64,000 nucleotides of DNA from an uncultured bacterium (GTDB taxonomy: Bacteria > Patescibacteriota > Minisyncoccia > Phycocordibacterales > Phycocordibacteraceae): the NCBI GenBank assembly GCA_903825105.1, contig CAIJZI010000008.1:8401-72400 (forward strand). The letters run 5' to 3'. A program made the translations under genes and the position numbers. The notes under the pieces are model-generated. The model did not search any database, had not been told where the DNA came from, and saw only the letters and a list, made by a program, of their open reading frames with translations. Below, piece by piece: positions 39,403 through 50,956 of the stretch (position 1 is the stretch's first letter; every line of letters begins with the position of its first letter).

Positions 39403-40599
39403 ATGAAAAAATACATTGTGAGTGCAGTTTTGGCATTCGTTCTCGTCTTGCCAGCCTTTGTCCCACAGGTAAAAGCGGCAGAACTCTCTTCAGCACAAAT
39501 AAACGCTGTTATATCGCTTCTTCAGTCGTTCGGCGTTGATCAGGCGACCATAAATAGCGTGCAGTCTGCGCTTGGTGGCACTTCAACTGGCACAACGAAT
39601 TCCTGCTACAACTTTTCAACGAATCTCGGGATGGGGATGAATGGCTCTGCTGTCACAGCGCTTCAAAACGCGCTTAAAAATGATGGCGAGTCGGTCACGG
39701 TTACTGGCATTTATGATGAACAAACTGCCTCCGCAGTCACAGGCTTTCAACAGAAATACGCGAGCGACATTCTCACACCGAACGGTCTTCAATACGGCAC
39801 CGGCTATGTAGGTGTTTCTACACGAGCGAAATTGAATTCTCTTTGTACTGGTACGGTGGTTATAACTCCAACAGTTCCAACTCTCCCAACAAAAATTTGC
39901 CCAGTGTGGGGATGCACACCGCCAACTCCGACACCAATCCAGATGCCGGTAACTGCGGCTACAATTCCAACGATTACTTCGATTTCCCCAACATCAGGTC
40001 CAATGGGAACCGTAATAATTATTAACGGCTCTGGTTTTCTTAATAATGATGTTGTGAATTTCAACGGAATGGCAAATCAAGAAAGCAACATCGCTAATAT
40101 TCAGGGGACTATGTTGCACACGACTATTGGGAATTCAATAACGGCCGGGACATATAATGTGACCGTTACTTCGCCAAGTGGTCAGACGAGTAATGCTGGT
40201 ACATTTACTGTAACTGGTGTGCCAATCATTTCCTCAATTTCTCCTACAACCGGAACAGTTGGCACAACTGTTACTGTTTCAGGCTCAGGATTCGCTCCGA
40301 AAGGCAATGTTGTGGTGTTAAACGGATTGGAAGTCGTCGTTGCAAATTCATCTGATGGAAACACTCTAACATTTACGATCCCACAAAAATGGTTGAGTCA
40401 ATGCAACTTTACCGGGACTGGCGCTGGAACTCAAATGAATTGCTTTCCATTTACCAATCAGTCAACTTCTTGGGTATTGCCAGGTAATTATGGCCAGACA
40501 CAATATACGTATCCGCTTAATGTGTTCGTGCCAAACGCCGGTTTCAGTAATAGCATTCCGTTCACGGTCACAAATGGATCAGCCACAACTTTCGGTTAA
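39403..40599 (+). CDS. Secreted peptidoglycan-binding protein with IPT/TIG repeats
   Basis: Signal peptide, V..LQ..L...G.....T..AV..FQ PGBD motif, two P.I.SISP..G..GT.V.I.GSGF repeats. Confidence 0.85.
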   Translation: MKKYIVSAVLAFVLVLPAFVPQVKAAELSSAQINAVISLLQSFGVDQATINSVQSALGGTSTGTTNSCYNFSTNLGMGMNGSAVTALQNALKNDGESVTVTGIYDEQTASAVTGFQQKYASDILTPNGLQYGTGYVGVSTRAKLNSLCTGTVVITPTVPTLPTKICPVWGCTPPTPTPIQMPVTAATIPTITSISPTSGPMGTVIIINGSGFLNNDVVNFNGMANQESNIANIQGTMLHTTIGNSITAGTYNVTVTSPSGQTSNAGTFTVTGVPIISSISPTTGTVGTTVTVSGSGFAPKGNVVVLNGLEVVVANSSDGNTLTFTIPQKWLSQCNFTGTGAGTQMNCFPFTNQSTSWVLPGNYGQTQYTYPLNVFVPNAGFSNSIPFTVTNGSATTFG

Positions 40600-40911
40600 A
40601 TGATTGATAAAATTTTTAAGCGAGATGTTGCAACTATAGTAATTCTTTTTCTTGTTGCTGTTGTTTTGTTTTTTGTTCCTACACTTTTGGCCCATTTTGT
40701 TCACTTCTTTGTAAGTGAATCAGAAGGTCGGAATTATGAATTTATTCTGTTAGGAGTTTCTGGTTTCATCGATGTTGTAGCATTTTTCTTATCCATTGTT
40801 CTTATATTTAGGAAAGGGTGGAAGCCTAAAATTACGGGGATTGTTTTTGCAATTCTCACGCTCATCTTTTTCATCTGCCTGGAAATTGTCGCTGTACTCT
40901 CATCACTCTAG
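40600..40911 (+). CDS. Small membrane protein
   Basis: Three hydrophobic segments. Confidence 0.6.
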   Translation: MIDKIFKRDVATIVILFLVAVVLFFVPTLLAHFVHFFVSESEGRNYEFILLGVSGFIDVVAFFLSIVLIFRKGWKPKITGIVFAILTLIFFICLEIVAVLSSL

Positions 40912-40979
40912 TTATCTTGCTTTCTGATAGGCAAGGTCGGAGATTGCACCGATCCCTTAAAACGCGTATTCTGGAGGCT

Positions 40980-41408
40980 ATGAAACGCCTCGGAGTCGTG
41001 CTTATCGTCATCTTCGCTTTTTGCGGGCTGTCTGACTCGCTCTATCTCGCCCAGCATGAATCGAGCGGCACACCGCTTATCTGTAATGTCGCAAATCTTA
41101 CGGGCTGTAACACGGTCGCAGCGAGTCAATACACGCACCTTTTCGGCATCTCGATCGCCGATTATGGCGTTATGTTTTATGCATTTATTTTTGTTATCGC
41201 AGCCTTAGAGCTCGTCGTCTTCGATCGACTCTTGCGCCGTGTGCTTCAAACAGTTTCTGTTGTTGGGATACTCGCGTCTATTTATTTTACCTGCATCGAG
41301 ATATTTCTTTTAAAAACATTTTGTATTTATTGCCTCGCTTCTGCGCTTATTTCTCTCCTCGTCTTTATTCTTGCTTGCTTTATCGAATCGATTAAAAAAA
41401 GAGTATGA
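40980..41408 (+). CDS. Vitamin K epoxide reductase (VKOR) family protein
   Basis: C-x7-C..V..S loop and CIYC active-site motif. Confidence 0.9.
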   Translation: MKRLGVVLIVIFAFCGLSDSLYLAQHESSGTPLICNVANLTGCNTVAASQYTHLFGISIADYGVMFYAFIFVIAALELVVFDRLLRRVLQTVSVVGILASIYFTCIEIFLLKTFCIYCLASALISLLVFILACFIESIKKRV

Positions 41409-42571
41409 ACCGTTTTTTATTTGCTACCCTTGCCGCGCTCTTTCTTCTAGGAGGAGCGGGGAAGGTGATGGCTGCGCCAGCATCTTTTTCTGCTGCGAGG
41501 TCGCTCGTTACGGCGAGTTCTTCGCCAGGCAATTTATATGTTGCAGGGTTTTCGAACATAATCACTGCGCCAGTCTCGGGCGACTTATCTGCTGTCGGCG
41601 GGAATGTTATTTCAACCGCCTTAATAAAAGGTGATGCGCTTTTTCTTGGCGGGTCGGTTGATTCGCGTGAAGAAATAAAGGGAGACCTGCGCGCCATAGG
41701 CGGCAACATAACGGTAGAACAATCTGTCGGCGGAGATCTTGTCGCCTCCGGCTTGTCGGTAAATGATACTGGTCGTGCCGGTAAAAGCGTTTTTATTATC
41801 GCCTTGAATACCGTGTTAAGTAACGGCGCTTCCGGGCCAGTCACTATTTATGGGAACAATGTTTCGCTCGGAGGTGACTTCACTGGAGATGTGAATGTGG
41901 TCGCGAGCGGGCGAGTGACGATCCAGCCAGACACTATTATTCACGGGGCATTTTCATATGAGTCGCCAGAGACAATCTCAATGCCCGATTCCGCTGTAGT
42001 AAAAGGTGCGACAACATATACCAATATCTCTTATCTGCCTAATTCAGGCACATCGCGTGCGATTGAGATCGCGAGTGTGGGGTTCTTCTTATTGCTCCGC
42101 ATTCTTGGCGCGCTTATTATTGCGGGTCTGCTGGCAGGGCTCTTCCCGCGTCTAGGAGAATTGGTGGCGAAGCGTGCTTACACAACACGGTTGCGCAGTT
42201 TATTTCTAACTCTCTTGCTAGGTTTTGCGGTACTTGTCGCTACGCCAATCATGCTTCTCATTCTTTCTCTTACCTTCGTTGGCTTCGGTATCGCTTTGCT
42301 CCTTTTTATCATATATGCGCTTCTTGTTTTCTTAGCGGTTATCTATGCTGGCATTATTATCGGCGGAATTATTGCTCGAAGATTTAGACATCGACGAATG
42401 ATTCTTTGGCATGATGGAGTGCTCGGGATGTTGATTCTCTCAATCATTGCACTCATTCCTTATGTGGGAGTATTCATTGCGCTTATCCTCACGATTTTTT
42501 CTATCGGAGCACTGCTTCTTATATTCTTTCACTTTGCGTTTCCCCACGGAGAACAAATTGAGTTGTTATGA
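41405..42571 (+). CDS. Bactofilin-like beta-helix membrane protein
   Basis: Repeated GDL..GG.V/I units plus multi-TM C-terminus. Confidence 0.75.
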   Translation: MNRFLFATLAALFLLGGAGKVMAAPASFSAARSLVTASSSPGNLYVAGFSNIITAPVSGDLSAVGGNVISTALIKGDALFLGGSVDSREEIKGDLRAIGGNITVEQSVGGDLVASGLSVNDTGRAGKSVFIIALNTVLSNGASGPVTIYGNNVSLGGDFTGDVNVVASGRVTIQPDTIIHGAFSYESPETISMPDSAVVKGATTYTNISYLPNSGTSRAIEIASVGFFLLLRILGALIIAGLLAGLFPRLGELVAKRAYTTRLRSLFLTLLLGFAVLVATPIMLLILSLTFVGFGIALLLFIIYALLVFLAVIYAGIIIGGIIARRFRHRRMILWHDGVLGMLILSIIALIPYVGVFIALILTIFSIGALLLIFFHFAFPHGEQIELL

Positions 42572-43260
42572 AGAGTGAAAAAGAACGCAAAAAACGCCCT
42601 ACTTCGCTGAAGCTACGCAGGGCACGCGCGAAGAAAATCGTTGCGTATTTAAAGAAGACTTATCCCGAGCCAAAGAGTGAATTAGTGTACAAGACGCCAT
42701 TTCAATTTGTCGTGGCAGTAATGCTCTCGGCACAGTGTACGGATAAAAAGGTGAATGAGTGCACAGAAAAACTTTTTAAAAAATATAAAACGGTTAAAGA
42801 TTTTGCATCAGCTGACCAAAAAGTTTTTGTAAAAGAAATTTCCTCCATCCTGTTTTTCAGAAATAAAGCGAAGGCGATTATCGCTACAGCGAAACTGATT
42901 CAAACGCGGCACGGCTCCGCCGTGCCGCGAAGTGAGAGGGAGTTGGTCGCCTTGCCCGGTATTGGCTACAAAACTGCGCATGTCGTTCTTGGCGAGCTTT
43001 ACAGCCTTTATGAAGGTATCGCAACCGACACACATGTGAAGAGATTCGCGAAGCGCTTTGACTTAACTGATCAAAATGACCTCACCAAAATCTCAAAAGA
43101 TTTAGAAAAACTTATTCCAAAAAAAGATTGGAAGTTCGTCAACAATGGCCTCGTCTTGTACGGTAGATATGTTTGTAAAGCGCGTCCCCATGACTGCGTG
43201 AATCATCCTTTAACAAAGCTCTGGCCACCTGCGGCAAAAAGATGGCCGAAGACGAAATAA
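42568..43260 (+). CDS. nth: Endonuclease III
   Basis: LSAQCTD..VN, LPGIGYKTA, DTHV.R. Confidence 0.93.
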   Translation: MKSEKERKKRPTSLKLRRARAKKIVAYLKKTYPEPKSELVYKTPFQFVVAVMLSAQCTDKKVNECTEKLFKKYKTVKDFASADQKVFVKEISSILFFRNKAKAIIATAKLIQTRHGSAVPRSERELVALPGIGYKTAHVVLGELYSLYEGIATDTHVKRFAKRFDLTDQNDLTKISKDLEKLIPKKDWKFVNNGLVLYGRYVCKARPHDCVNHPLTKLWPPAAKRWPKTK

Positions 43261-43267
43261 AACAGGA

Positions 43268-43834
43268 TTAATTACCGGACATAGTTCGCCAAATTTTTAA
43301 ATCCGCATCAGCCATTGAATATTTTGGAAACTTAGCACGAATAATATCTCGGGCAACAGTCTCAATTTCAGCGTACTGCTTCTTATTTGTTGGTGTAGAC
43401 CTCGGAATATTTTTCAAGTCGCACTCGTCTCGTAAATATCTCAAGATATGAGTATCTAATACAACATGCTCGCACCCCTTGCGGGTATGAAGAAGGAAGA
43501 AGCGGGCGGTTTTATTACCTACTCCAGGGATTTTCATAAAATTCTCCAGCGTGGATTTCTTTAAATCCAAATTAAGACTTTCTCTAAAAGCTTTTTCGAT
43601 TCTCTTATATTGTCCAATTTTGACGGACTTTAAGTGTTTCAAAAGTACACCTTTGTCTATCATTTTCTGGATTTTTTCGAATGGAGTATTGCCTGCTTGA
43701 ATTGCTAAGAATTGTTCAACTTTCGCGGCTTGAACGGGGCCTTTTTTACCAGCTACACATATTGCTACGAGCCAAAATTCTTCAAGCTCGGCTTGTGTAC
43801 GGTTGAAGTTTGTGACTTTAGTCAGGTCGACCAT
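43268..43834 (-). CDS. HhH DNA glycosylase, OGG-like
   Basis: IPGVGNKTARFFL HhH with catalytic Lys, LDTHILRYL. Confidence 0.7.
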   Translation of the reverse strand: MVDLTKVTNFNRTQAELEEFWLVAICVAGKKGPVQAAKVEQFLAIQAGNTPFEKIQKMIDKGVLLKHLKSVKIGQYKRIEKAFRESLNLDLKKSTLENFMKIPGVGNKTARFFLLHTRKGCEHVVLDTHILRYLRDECDLKNIPRSTPTNKKQYAEIETVARDIIRAKFPKYSMADADLKIWRTMSGN

Positions 43835-45727
43835 TTATATTCCTATAAGTACAGGAATTACCATCGGAGCTTTGTTGGTGCGGGAGAAGAGGTAACCCGC
43901 CATCACATCGGTCAGATTATTTTTCACATATTCGAGATCGATCGGGTTCATATTGTGTGTCGAGTCTTCGATGGTCTTCTTAATCAATATGCGTGCTTCG
44001 TTGAGCAGGTTTTGTGACTCGCGCAGATAGATAAAGCCACGGCTGATGATGTCCGGCGACTTGCGGAGTTTGCCGGTCTTAATATTCACGCTCGCGATAA
44101 TCACAAACATACCATCTTTGGCGAGTGACTGTCGGTCGCGCATCACTACTTCTTGTCGATCGCCGATATTGAACCCGTCGACGACGAGCGGGGCAGAAGG
44201 GACTTTTTGTTTATGCACATTCAGCTTCTCGCCATTTTCAATATCGATAACCATACCGTTGTCAGGAATAATAATTGACTCGCGTGGGCGACCTGCTTGT
44301 TCGTTGGCGCGCGCGTGGCACCAGAGCATCGAGTAGCAGCCGTAGCCCGGCATAAAGAACTTTGCGTTCACTTGCTTATTAAACCAGACGAGGTCGCCGG
44401 TGTTGCCGTGGCCAGTCGAGTGCACATCAGACGATTGGTAATTAATAATCTTCACGCGATTTCGGTAGAGATTATCCTTCAACTTCTGCACAGAGGTTTC
44501 ATTGCCTGGAATGACTGAAGAAGAGAGGACAACTGTGTCGCGTTCATTAAATTGGAGATATTTGTGTTGGCGTATCGCGACGCGCATAAGCGCACCGAAC
44601 TCTTCGCCCTGTGCTCCCGTACAAATCACGACAATTTTATCCGGCTGGTAATCTCCCATTTCTTGGGCAGGAACAATCGTGCCTTTTTGGACTTTGAGAA
44701 GCCCAGCTTTTTCAGCGATTTCGATGTTGGCGCGGATCGCGCGACCTTCGACGACAATCTTCTTACCATATTTCTCGGCACTTTCGATAATGCGGAGCAT
44801 GCGTTCAAACTGCGAAGAGAAGGTACCGATGATGAGACGACCAGTGACGGTCTTAATAATCTCATCGAGCGTTACTTGAACGCGCTTTTCAGGAATAGAG
44901 AAGCCGTCTTTTTCTGCATTCGTTGAATCAGCGATGAAAAGAAGATTGTTGTCCTTACTCAAGTCGCCCCAGGTCTTCGCCTCGCGCTCTGAAGGGATGC
45001 CATTCTCGTGGTCAAGCTTCAAGTCGCCGGTAATAACGACATTGCCGTTTGGCGTCTCGAGCGAGATACCCATCGAATCAGGGATCGAGTGCGTGACTGG
45101 GAAGAACTTCATTCGCGTATTGCTGATGGTTATTGTTTGTCCGACTTCAACAGTGATGATTTCTGGTTTTGGCACATCAGGGAATTCTTCTTGGCGTTTT
45201 AAAATCATCAAACGCGTGAGCGATTGTGTGTAGATCGGCGGATTGCCGAAGCGTGCCATAAGAAAAGGGATACCGCCGATGTGGTCGAGGTGGCCGTGCG
45301 TGATAATCACTGCGCGGACGCGGTCACGATTTTTTTCGAGAAATGCAGTATTCGGGAGTGTGTAGTCGGCGCCCGGGACATCGTCCTCTTCTTTAAAGGC
45401 GAAGCCAACATCGAAGACGAAGATGTCGCCGTTGACATCGATCGCGACCATATTGCGTCCCACTTCTTCTACTCCACCCAAGGGAACAACGCGTGCGGTA
45501 GAAAGGTCTGGAGTAGCAGGGAAGTAGTCTGCATTTCGCACGGTGCGCGTGGTGTTTGCCGACGGGCGACGAAGAATGCGCTGGATTCTGCGCGAGGCTG
45601 TGCCGGGGCGTGGTGCGCGTCTCTCGAAGTGTCTCGTCGCCGGTCGTGGTGAGTGATTCGGAGAGGAATGAGGTGTTGCTGATGGCGCTGAAGAAGGAAC
45701 GGGCGCTGGTGCTGGTGGTTGATTCAT
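43835..45727 (-). CDS. rnj: Ribonuclease J with disordered N-extension
   Basis: PLGG.EEVGRNM, THGHLDHIG, HSIPD, DSTNA, PDIISRGF. Confidence 0.96.
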   Translation of the reverse strand: MNQPPAPAPVPSSAPSATPHSSPNHSPRPATRHFERRAPRPGTASRRIQRILRRPSANTTRTVRNADYFPATPDLSTARVVPLGGVEEVGRNMVAIDVNGDIFVFDVGFAFKEEDDVPGADYTLPNTAFLEKNRDRVRAVIITHGHLDHIGGIPFLMARFGNPPIYTQSLTRLMILKRQEEFPDVPKPEIITVEVGQTITISNTRMKFFPVTHSIPDSMGISLETPNGNVVITGDLKLDHENGIPSEREAKTWGDLSKDNNLLFIADSTNAEKDGFSIPEKRVQVTLDEIIKTVTGRLIIGTFSSQFERMLRIIESAEKYGKKIVVEGRAIRANIEIAEKAGLLKVQKGTIVPAQEMGDYQPDKIVVICTGAQGEEFGALMRVAIRQHKYLQFNERDTVVLSSSVIPGNETSVQKLKDNLYRNRVKIINYQSSDVHSTGHGNTGDLVWFNKQVNAKFFMPGYGCYSMLWCHARANEQAGRPRESIIIPDNGMVIDIENGEKLNVHKQKVPSAPLVVDGFNIGDRQEVVMRDRQSLAKDGMFVIIASVNIKTGKLRKSPDIISRGFIYLRESQNLLNEARILIKKTIEDSTHNMNPIDLEYVKNNLTDVMAGYLFSRTNKAPMVIPVLIGI

Positions 45728-45737
45728 AAAGGGTAAG

Positions 45738-47489
45738 TTATTTTTTATTATTTGCGAAAAATGGCCAAACAGTGTCAGTCACTCGATACCATGACGCGAC
45801 AGTCGCGAAACGATCTGATGGCGTAATAATCTGTGGCAATGAAATGCCGTGAAGATTTTTTGGAATCGTATAAACAAAGTCAGGCGCGTACAAAAATGCG
45901 GCAGGATAATCAGAAGCAATCGCGTTCTCAATTTTTTGGAGATCAGCAGTTCGCGTGCCTTGGTCTGTCGAGCTACGAGCGTCTTCAAGTAGGGTGTCTA
46001 CCGTCTTATTCGCATAAAGCGCAACATTCAGTCCAGGATCGTTCTGTTCTCGCGAATCCCAAAAAGCGTACAAATCTTGATCGCGTCCGATAACTTCTCC
46101 GTAGAGAAGAGCTTCGTATCTTCTCGATCTGATCACATTCTGCGAAAGGTCGCCAGATTCGTATAGCTCAATAGTAACCGGAATGCCCAATTTCTCCAAA
46201 TCGGTCTTTACCGCAGTGGCGACATTTTTTAATTCAGGAACATTCGAGGTTCGTAGCGTGATGCCCTCAAGGGTCTGTTTCGCTCCCGCGTTTTTCCAGA
46301 TGCGCGCAGAGCCGTCATATAACCAGCCCGATGTCTCGAGCACGGTGGCAGCAGCTTCTGTGTAATCTCCAAATTGAACAGGCACCTGCTTCACTAAACC
46401 ACCGGGAGGAACGGGACCCATAATCGCGGTCGCATGGTCGCTCAAAACATTTTCGACAATATTTTGGCGGTCGATCGCGAGCGACAACGCTTTTCGCACT
46501 TCGATTCGCGAGAAAACTTTGTTCTGACTCGGATTCCAAAACACGCCGAAGATACGGGCGTAGGGAGCAGTCAGTTCGGTGTCGGATGGGACATCGTATG
46601 CACTCTCGACAGCTCCACTCGAAACAGCGTTCGCGAGATCCTCACTATTTGAATAGAAATTAAAATTAATACCGTTCAAATATGGGCGGCCGAGCGCATA
46701 ATATTTATTTTGTGCGAAGGAAACGCCTTGGATAAGGCCAGAAGAGTTTCGCGAGACGCTGGTTACCTTAAATGGCCCGGCGCCAACAGGACTTGTTTCA
46801 AGTGTTGAAAATGAAAATTCTTCATCTGAAATATTTTGCCACAAGTGCGCCGGGAGAATACCAAGGGTTGTGAGCTCGAGGAAAGGCGCATAAGCCTTTT
46901 GAAGAGTGAACTCTACCGTGTGGGCATCAAGCGCTTCGACGCCAATGCCAGACCAGTCAGCATATTCAGGACTCTTTAATCCAGAATCCTGTGCCTTTTG
47001 AATCGTGAAGACAACATCGTTTGCTGTTACGCTCGTTCCGTCAGAGAACTTCGCATTTGGGCGTAGGGTGAAGGTGTAGGTCTTTCCGTCTGGTGACTCT
47101 GTGTAGCTTTCTGCGAGCACGGGCACCAGATCTCCCGATCCAGAAATGCCCATAAGCCCAGCATAAGCGAGTGCCGAGAGGTCGCGATCTGCATCGGTTA
47201 TAGCGAGAAGGGGATTAATAAACTGCGGACTGCCGACCTCTCCTTCGGTGAGCGTCCCGCCGTATGCCGGCACCTGAACAAGGAGAGATTTCTCGAGCGA
47301 ATAGAGTCCTGAAAGGGTGGCGATACAAACAAGCACGATAAGTGTATAAAAAATAATAGTATCGCCGGGAGAAAACGAGTTGACGCGGTCACCGAGCTTG
47401 TCGAAAATAGAAACGGTACGCACGCGAGTAAGACTCTCGCGCATTCGGGCGCGCCGCTCGTCAGAAATCAGATTTCTAACGGAGTTCAT
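45738..47489 (-). CDS. Peptide ABC transporter substrate-binding protein (family 5)
   Basis: LAESY..S.DGKTYTF.LR...KFSDG..VTA.DV.FT, PVG.GPFK. Confidence 0.9.
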   Translation of the reverse strand: MNSVRNLISDERRARMRESLTRVRTVSIFDKLGDRVNSFSPGDTIIFYTLIVLVCIATLSGLYSLEKSLLVQVPAYGGTLTEGEVGSPQFINPLLAITDADRDLSALAYAGLMGISGSGDLVPVLAESYTESPDGKTYTFTLRPNAKFSDGTSVTANDVVFTIQKAQDSGLKSPEYADWSGIGVEALDAHTVEFTLQKAYAPFLELTTLGILPAHLWQNISDEEFSFSTLETSPVGAGPFKVTSVSRNSSGLIQGVSFAQNKYYALGRPYLNGINFNFYSNSEDLANAVSSGAVESAYDVPSDTELTAPYARIFGVFWNPSQNKVFSRIEVRKALSLAIDRQNIVENVLSDHATAIMGPVPPGGLVKQVPVQFGDYTEAAATVLETSGWLYDGSARIWKNAGAKQTLEGITLRTSNVPELKNVATAVKTDLEKLGIPVTIELYESGDLSQNVIRSRRYEALLYGEVIGRDQDLYAFWDSREQNDPGLNVALYANKTVDTLLEDARSSTDQGTRTADLQKIENAIASDYPAAFLYAPDFVYTIPKNLHGISLPQIITPSDRFATVASWYRVTDTVWPFFANNKK

Positions 47490-47725
47490 GATCCTGCCAG
47501 AAGGAAGTTCGTTATTGCCGCGAGTACGAGAAGAACTGCTATGACGATTGTCGCGGTGAATATAAATTTCTCGGCGCCTCTGCGTTTATAAAAAGTTGAC
47601 GCGAAATTGTCGCCTCCGAATGCTCCGCCTAGTGTCGCGCCGCGCTGTTGGAGCACGATGCCGACGATGAGGAGGATCGAGAGAGCGATTTCTGCGTATG
47701 GTAGTGCCGATACGAGTGCCTTCAT
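47486..47725 (-). CDS. secG: Preprotein translocase SecG
   Basis: VLQQRG..LGGAFGG, RRGAEK, two TM helices. Confidence 0.92.
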   Translation of the reverse strand: MKALVSALPYAEIALSILLIVGIVLQQRGATLGGAFGGDNFASTFYKRRGAEKFIFTATIVIAVLLVLAAITNFLLAGS

Positions 47726-47760
47726 CTGTACGGACAAGGATAGCATAAAGAGGGGAGTGA

Positions 47761-47800
47761 GCGCAACCCCGTAAAGTTGATTACAACCACGGGGCTGCGC
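47761..47800. repeat. Bulged hairpin repeat, copy 1
   Basis: ccccgtaaagttgattacaaccacggggc; 27/29 identical to copy 2. Confidence 0.85.
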
Positions 47801-47901
47801 GGCTGGTGTGTAAAGATGTAAATGTATAAAAATATAAAATGAAAAGCGCCGCCTGTCGCAACATCCGTAGATGTTGGCAGGCGGCGCTGATTGATGGCGA
47901 A

Positions 47902-48078
47902 TCAGTGTGACGGCCAGATCGCCATCACGATGGCCGCAGCAGAGGCGGCGATGCAGAACCACCCTGTGAAACACTCCGAAACGGAACGATTTTTTGCAGT
48001 GATGTTTTCCAAACCGCACATCCCGAGTCTGAGAAACAAAAGCACCACGATAACCCGCACAGCAATTTCGATAATCAT
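47902..48078 (-). CDS. Small two-TM membrane protein (SD-led cassette)
   Basis: TTGACA-17-TATGCT, GGAGGAG SD, terminator 47842-47888. Confidence 0.6.
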   Translation of the reverse strand: MIIEIAVRVIVVLLFLRLGMCGLENITAKNRSVSECFTGWFCIAASAAAIVMAIWPSH

Positions 48079-48240
48079 GATGTGTTCTCCTCCGGCGCAA
48101 GCAGCGCCAATTTCAAAATTCGTACATCCCGCATATAAGCATAGCAAATTGCAAGCCGTTTGTCAAGCTCTTGGGCGTGGTTCAGAAAAGGTAGTAAATA
48201 CCTCATAAAATTTAACATAGGAAATTCCTATGTATTGAAA

Positions 48241-48286
48241 TCGCGTAAAGCCCCGTAAAGTCGATTACGACCACGGGGCCACGCGA
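48241..48286. repeat. Bulged hairpin repeat, copy 2
   Basis: tcgcgt aaa gccccgt aaa gtcg atta cgac c acggggc c acgcga. Confidence 0.85.
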
Positions 48287-48361
48287 CAAATCAAAACGCC
48301 GCGTTTCTGAAGAAACGCGGCGCTATTCTTAGCTGTCTCACGACGCTGGCTGATGAAAGTC

Positions 48362-48706
48362 TCAGTCTTTTAACTCCGGTTCGTCCAGAACCGGAACAAT
48401 GTCCCCGCTCATGTCCAGCATGAATCCTGCCGGGAGATCAACTCCTGTGACCGGAAGAGCGTAGATCCTCTTGCTGTGGTTACATTCCTGGATCATTGCT
48501 AATTTCACCATGACGGTCGAGTTTTCAAGCGTGACGGTTGCGCGAGAAAGTACCCGGTACTTTACTCCACGACTGAGTTTGTCCTCAAGGATTCCGAATG
48601 TGGCGACCTTGCCTTCGCCGCTGAGGTATCCTCGCCAATAGAAGAAAAGAACGACGATAACCAGAATCACATAAAACCACGGGTCATAAAGCATTTGATT
48701 GTTCAC
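48362..48706 (-). CDS. Membrane-anchored hypothetical protein (SD-led cassette)
   Basis: TTGACA-17-TAGACT, GGAGG SD, terminator 48293-48322. Confidence 0.65.
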   Translation of the reverse strand: MNNQMLYDPWFYVILVIVVLFFYWRGYLSGEGKVATFGILEDKLSRGVKYRVLSRATVTLENSTVMVKLAMIQECNHSKRIYALPVTGVDLPAGFMLDMSGDIVPVLDEPELKD

Positions 48707-48850
48707 AAGCACCTCCGTGCCATTTCAATTAAACTCACATCCAAAACTAGTCTAACGACCTAATTTTGATTTGTCAACTTGATTCAAGGCAGTAATTTCT
48801 CTATACTCATCTGCACTTGGGCGCGATTATTAGCTTTACATTCGATAAAT

Positions 48851-49159
48851 ATGGCAAAAAGATTTACCTTGAAGCCCTTGGGCGATCGGATTATCGTGAG
48901 ACCATCTGAAAAAGAAGGCGAGAAGAAGCTCGCTTCTGGAATTATTCTCCCCGAAGCGGCGAATAAAGAAAAACTTATAAAAGGTGAGGTCGTCGCTACC
49001 GGCCCGGGGCGGAAGAATGATGATGGGAAGCGCCTCGAGCTCGAAGTCGAGATCGGCGACACGGTATTTTTCAAAAAGCCGTGGGACGAGCCGATTAAAA
49101 TGGACGATGTCGAGTACTACATCCTCTCTGAATCAGACATTCTCGGCACTTTGGATTAA
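48851..49159 (+). CDS. groES: Co-chaperonin GroES
   Basis: LKPLGDRI, SGIILP, G.VVA.GPG, L.ESDIL. Confidence 0.96.
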   Translation: MAKRFTLKPLGDRIIVRPSEKEGEKKLASGIILPEAANKEKLIKGEVVATGPGRKNDDGKRLELEVEIGDTVFFKKPWDEPIKMDDVEYYILSESDILGTLD

Positions 49160-49170
49160 TTTTTTTATTT

Positions 49171-49206
49171 CTTAAACCTTAAACCTTAAACCTTATCCCT
49201 TAAACC
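49171..49206 (+). repeat. Heptamer tandem (CTTAAAC)n
   Basis: cttaaac x3, cttatcc, cttaaac upstream of groEL. Confidence 0.8.
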
Positions 49207-49211
49207 TGTAA

Positions 49212-50849
<1,638 letters not shown>

Positions 50850-50956
50850 AATTGCGCTGATTTAGTTGTACACAGCTCATCATTAAATCGTTCTAAAAAG
50901 AGTCATACTTATAAACAGCGGACTTATTCGTCACGCTTTATTAACTATCTTTCTAC

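Noticed and set aside
48790-48850. CIRCE operator before groES
   Set aside because: No TTAGCACTC-N9-GAGTGCTAA match; only a partial TTAGC.
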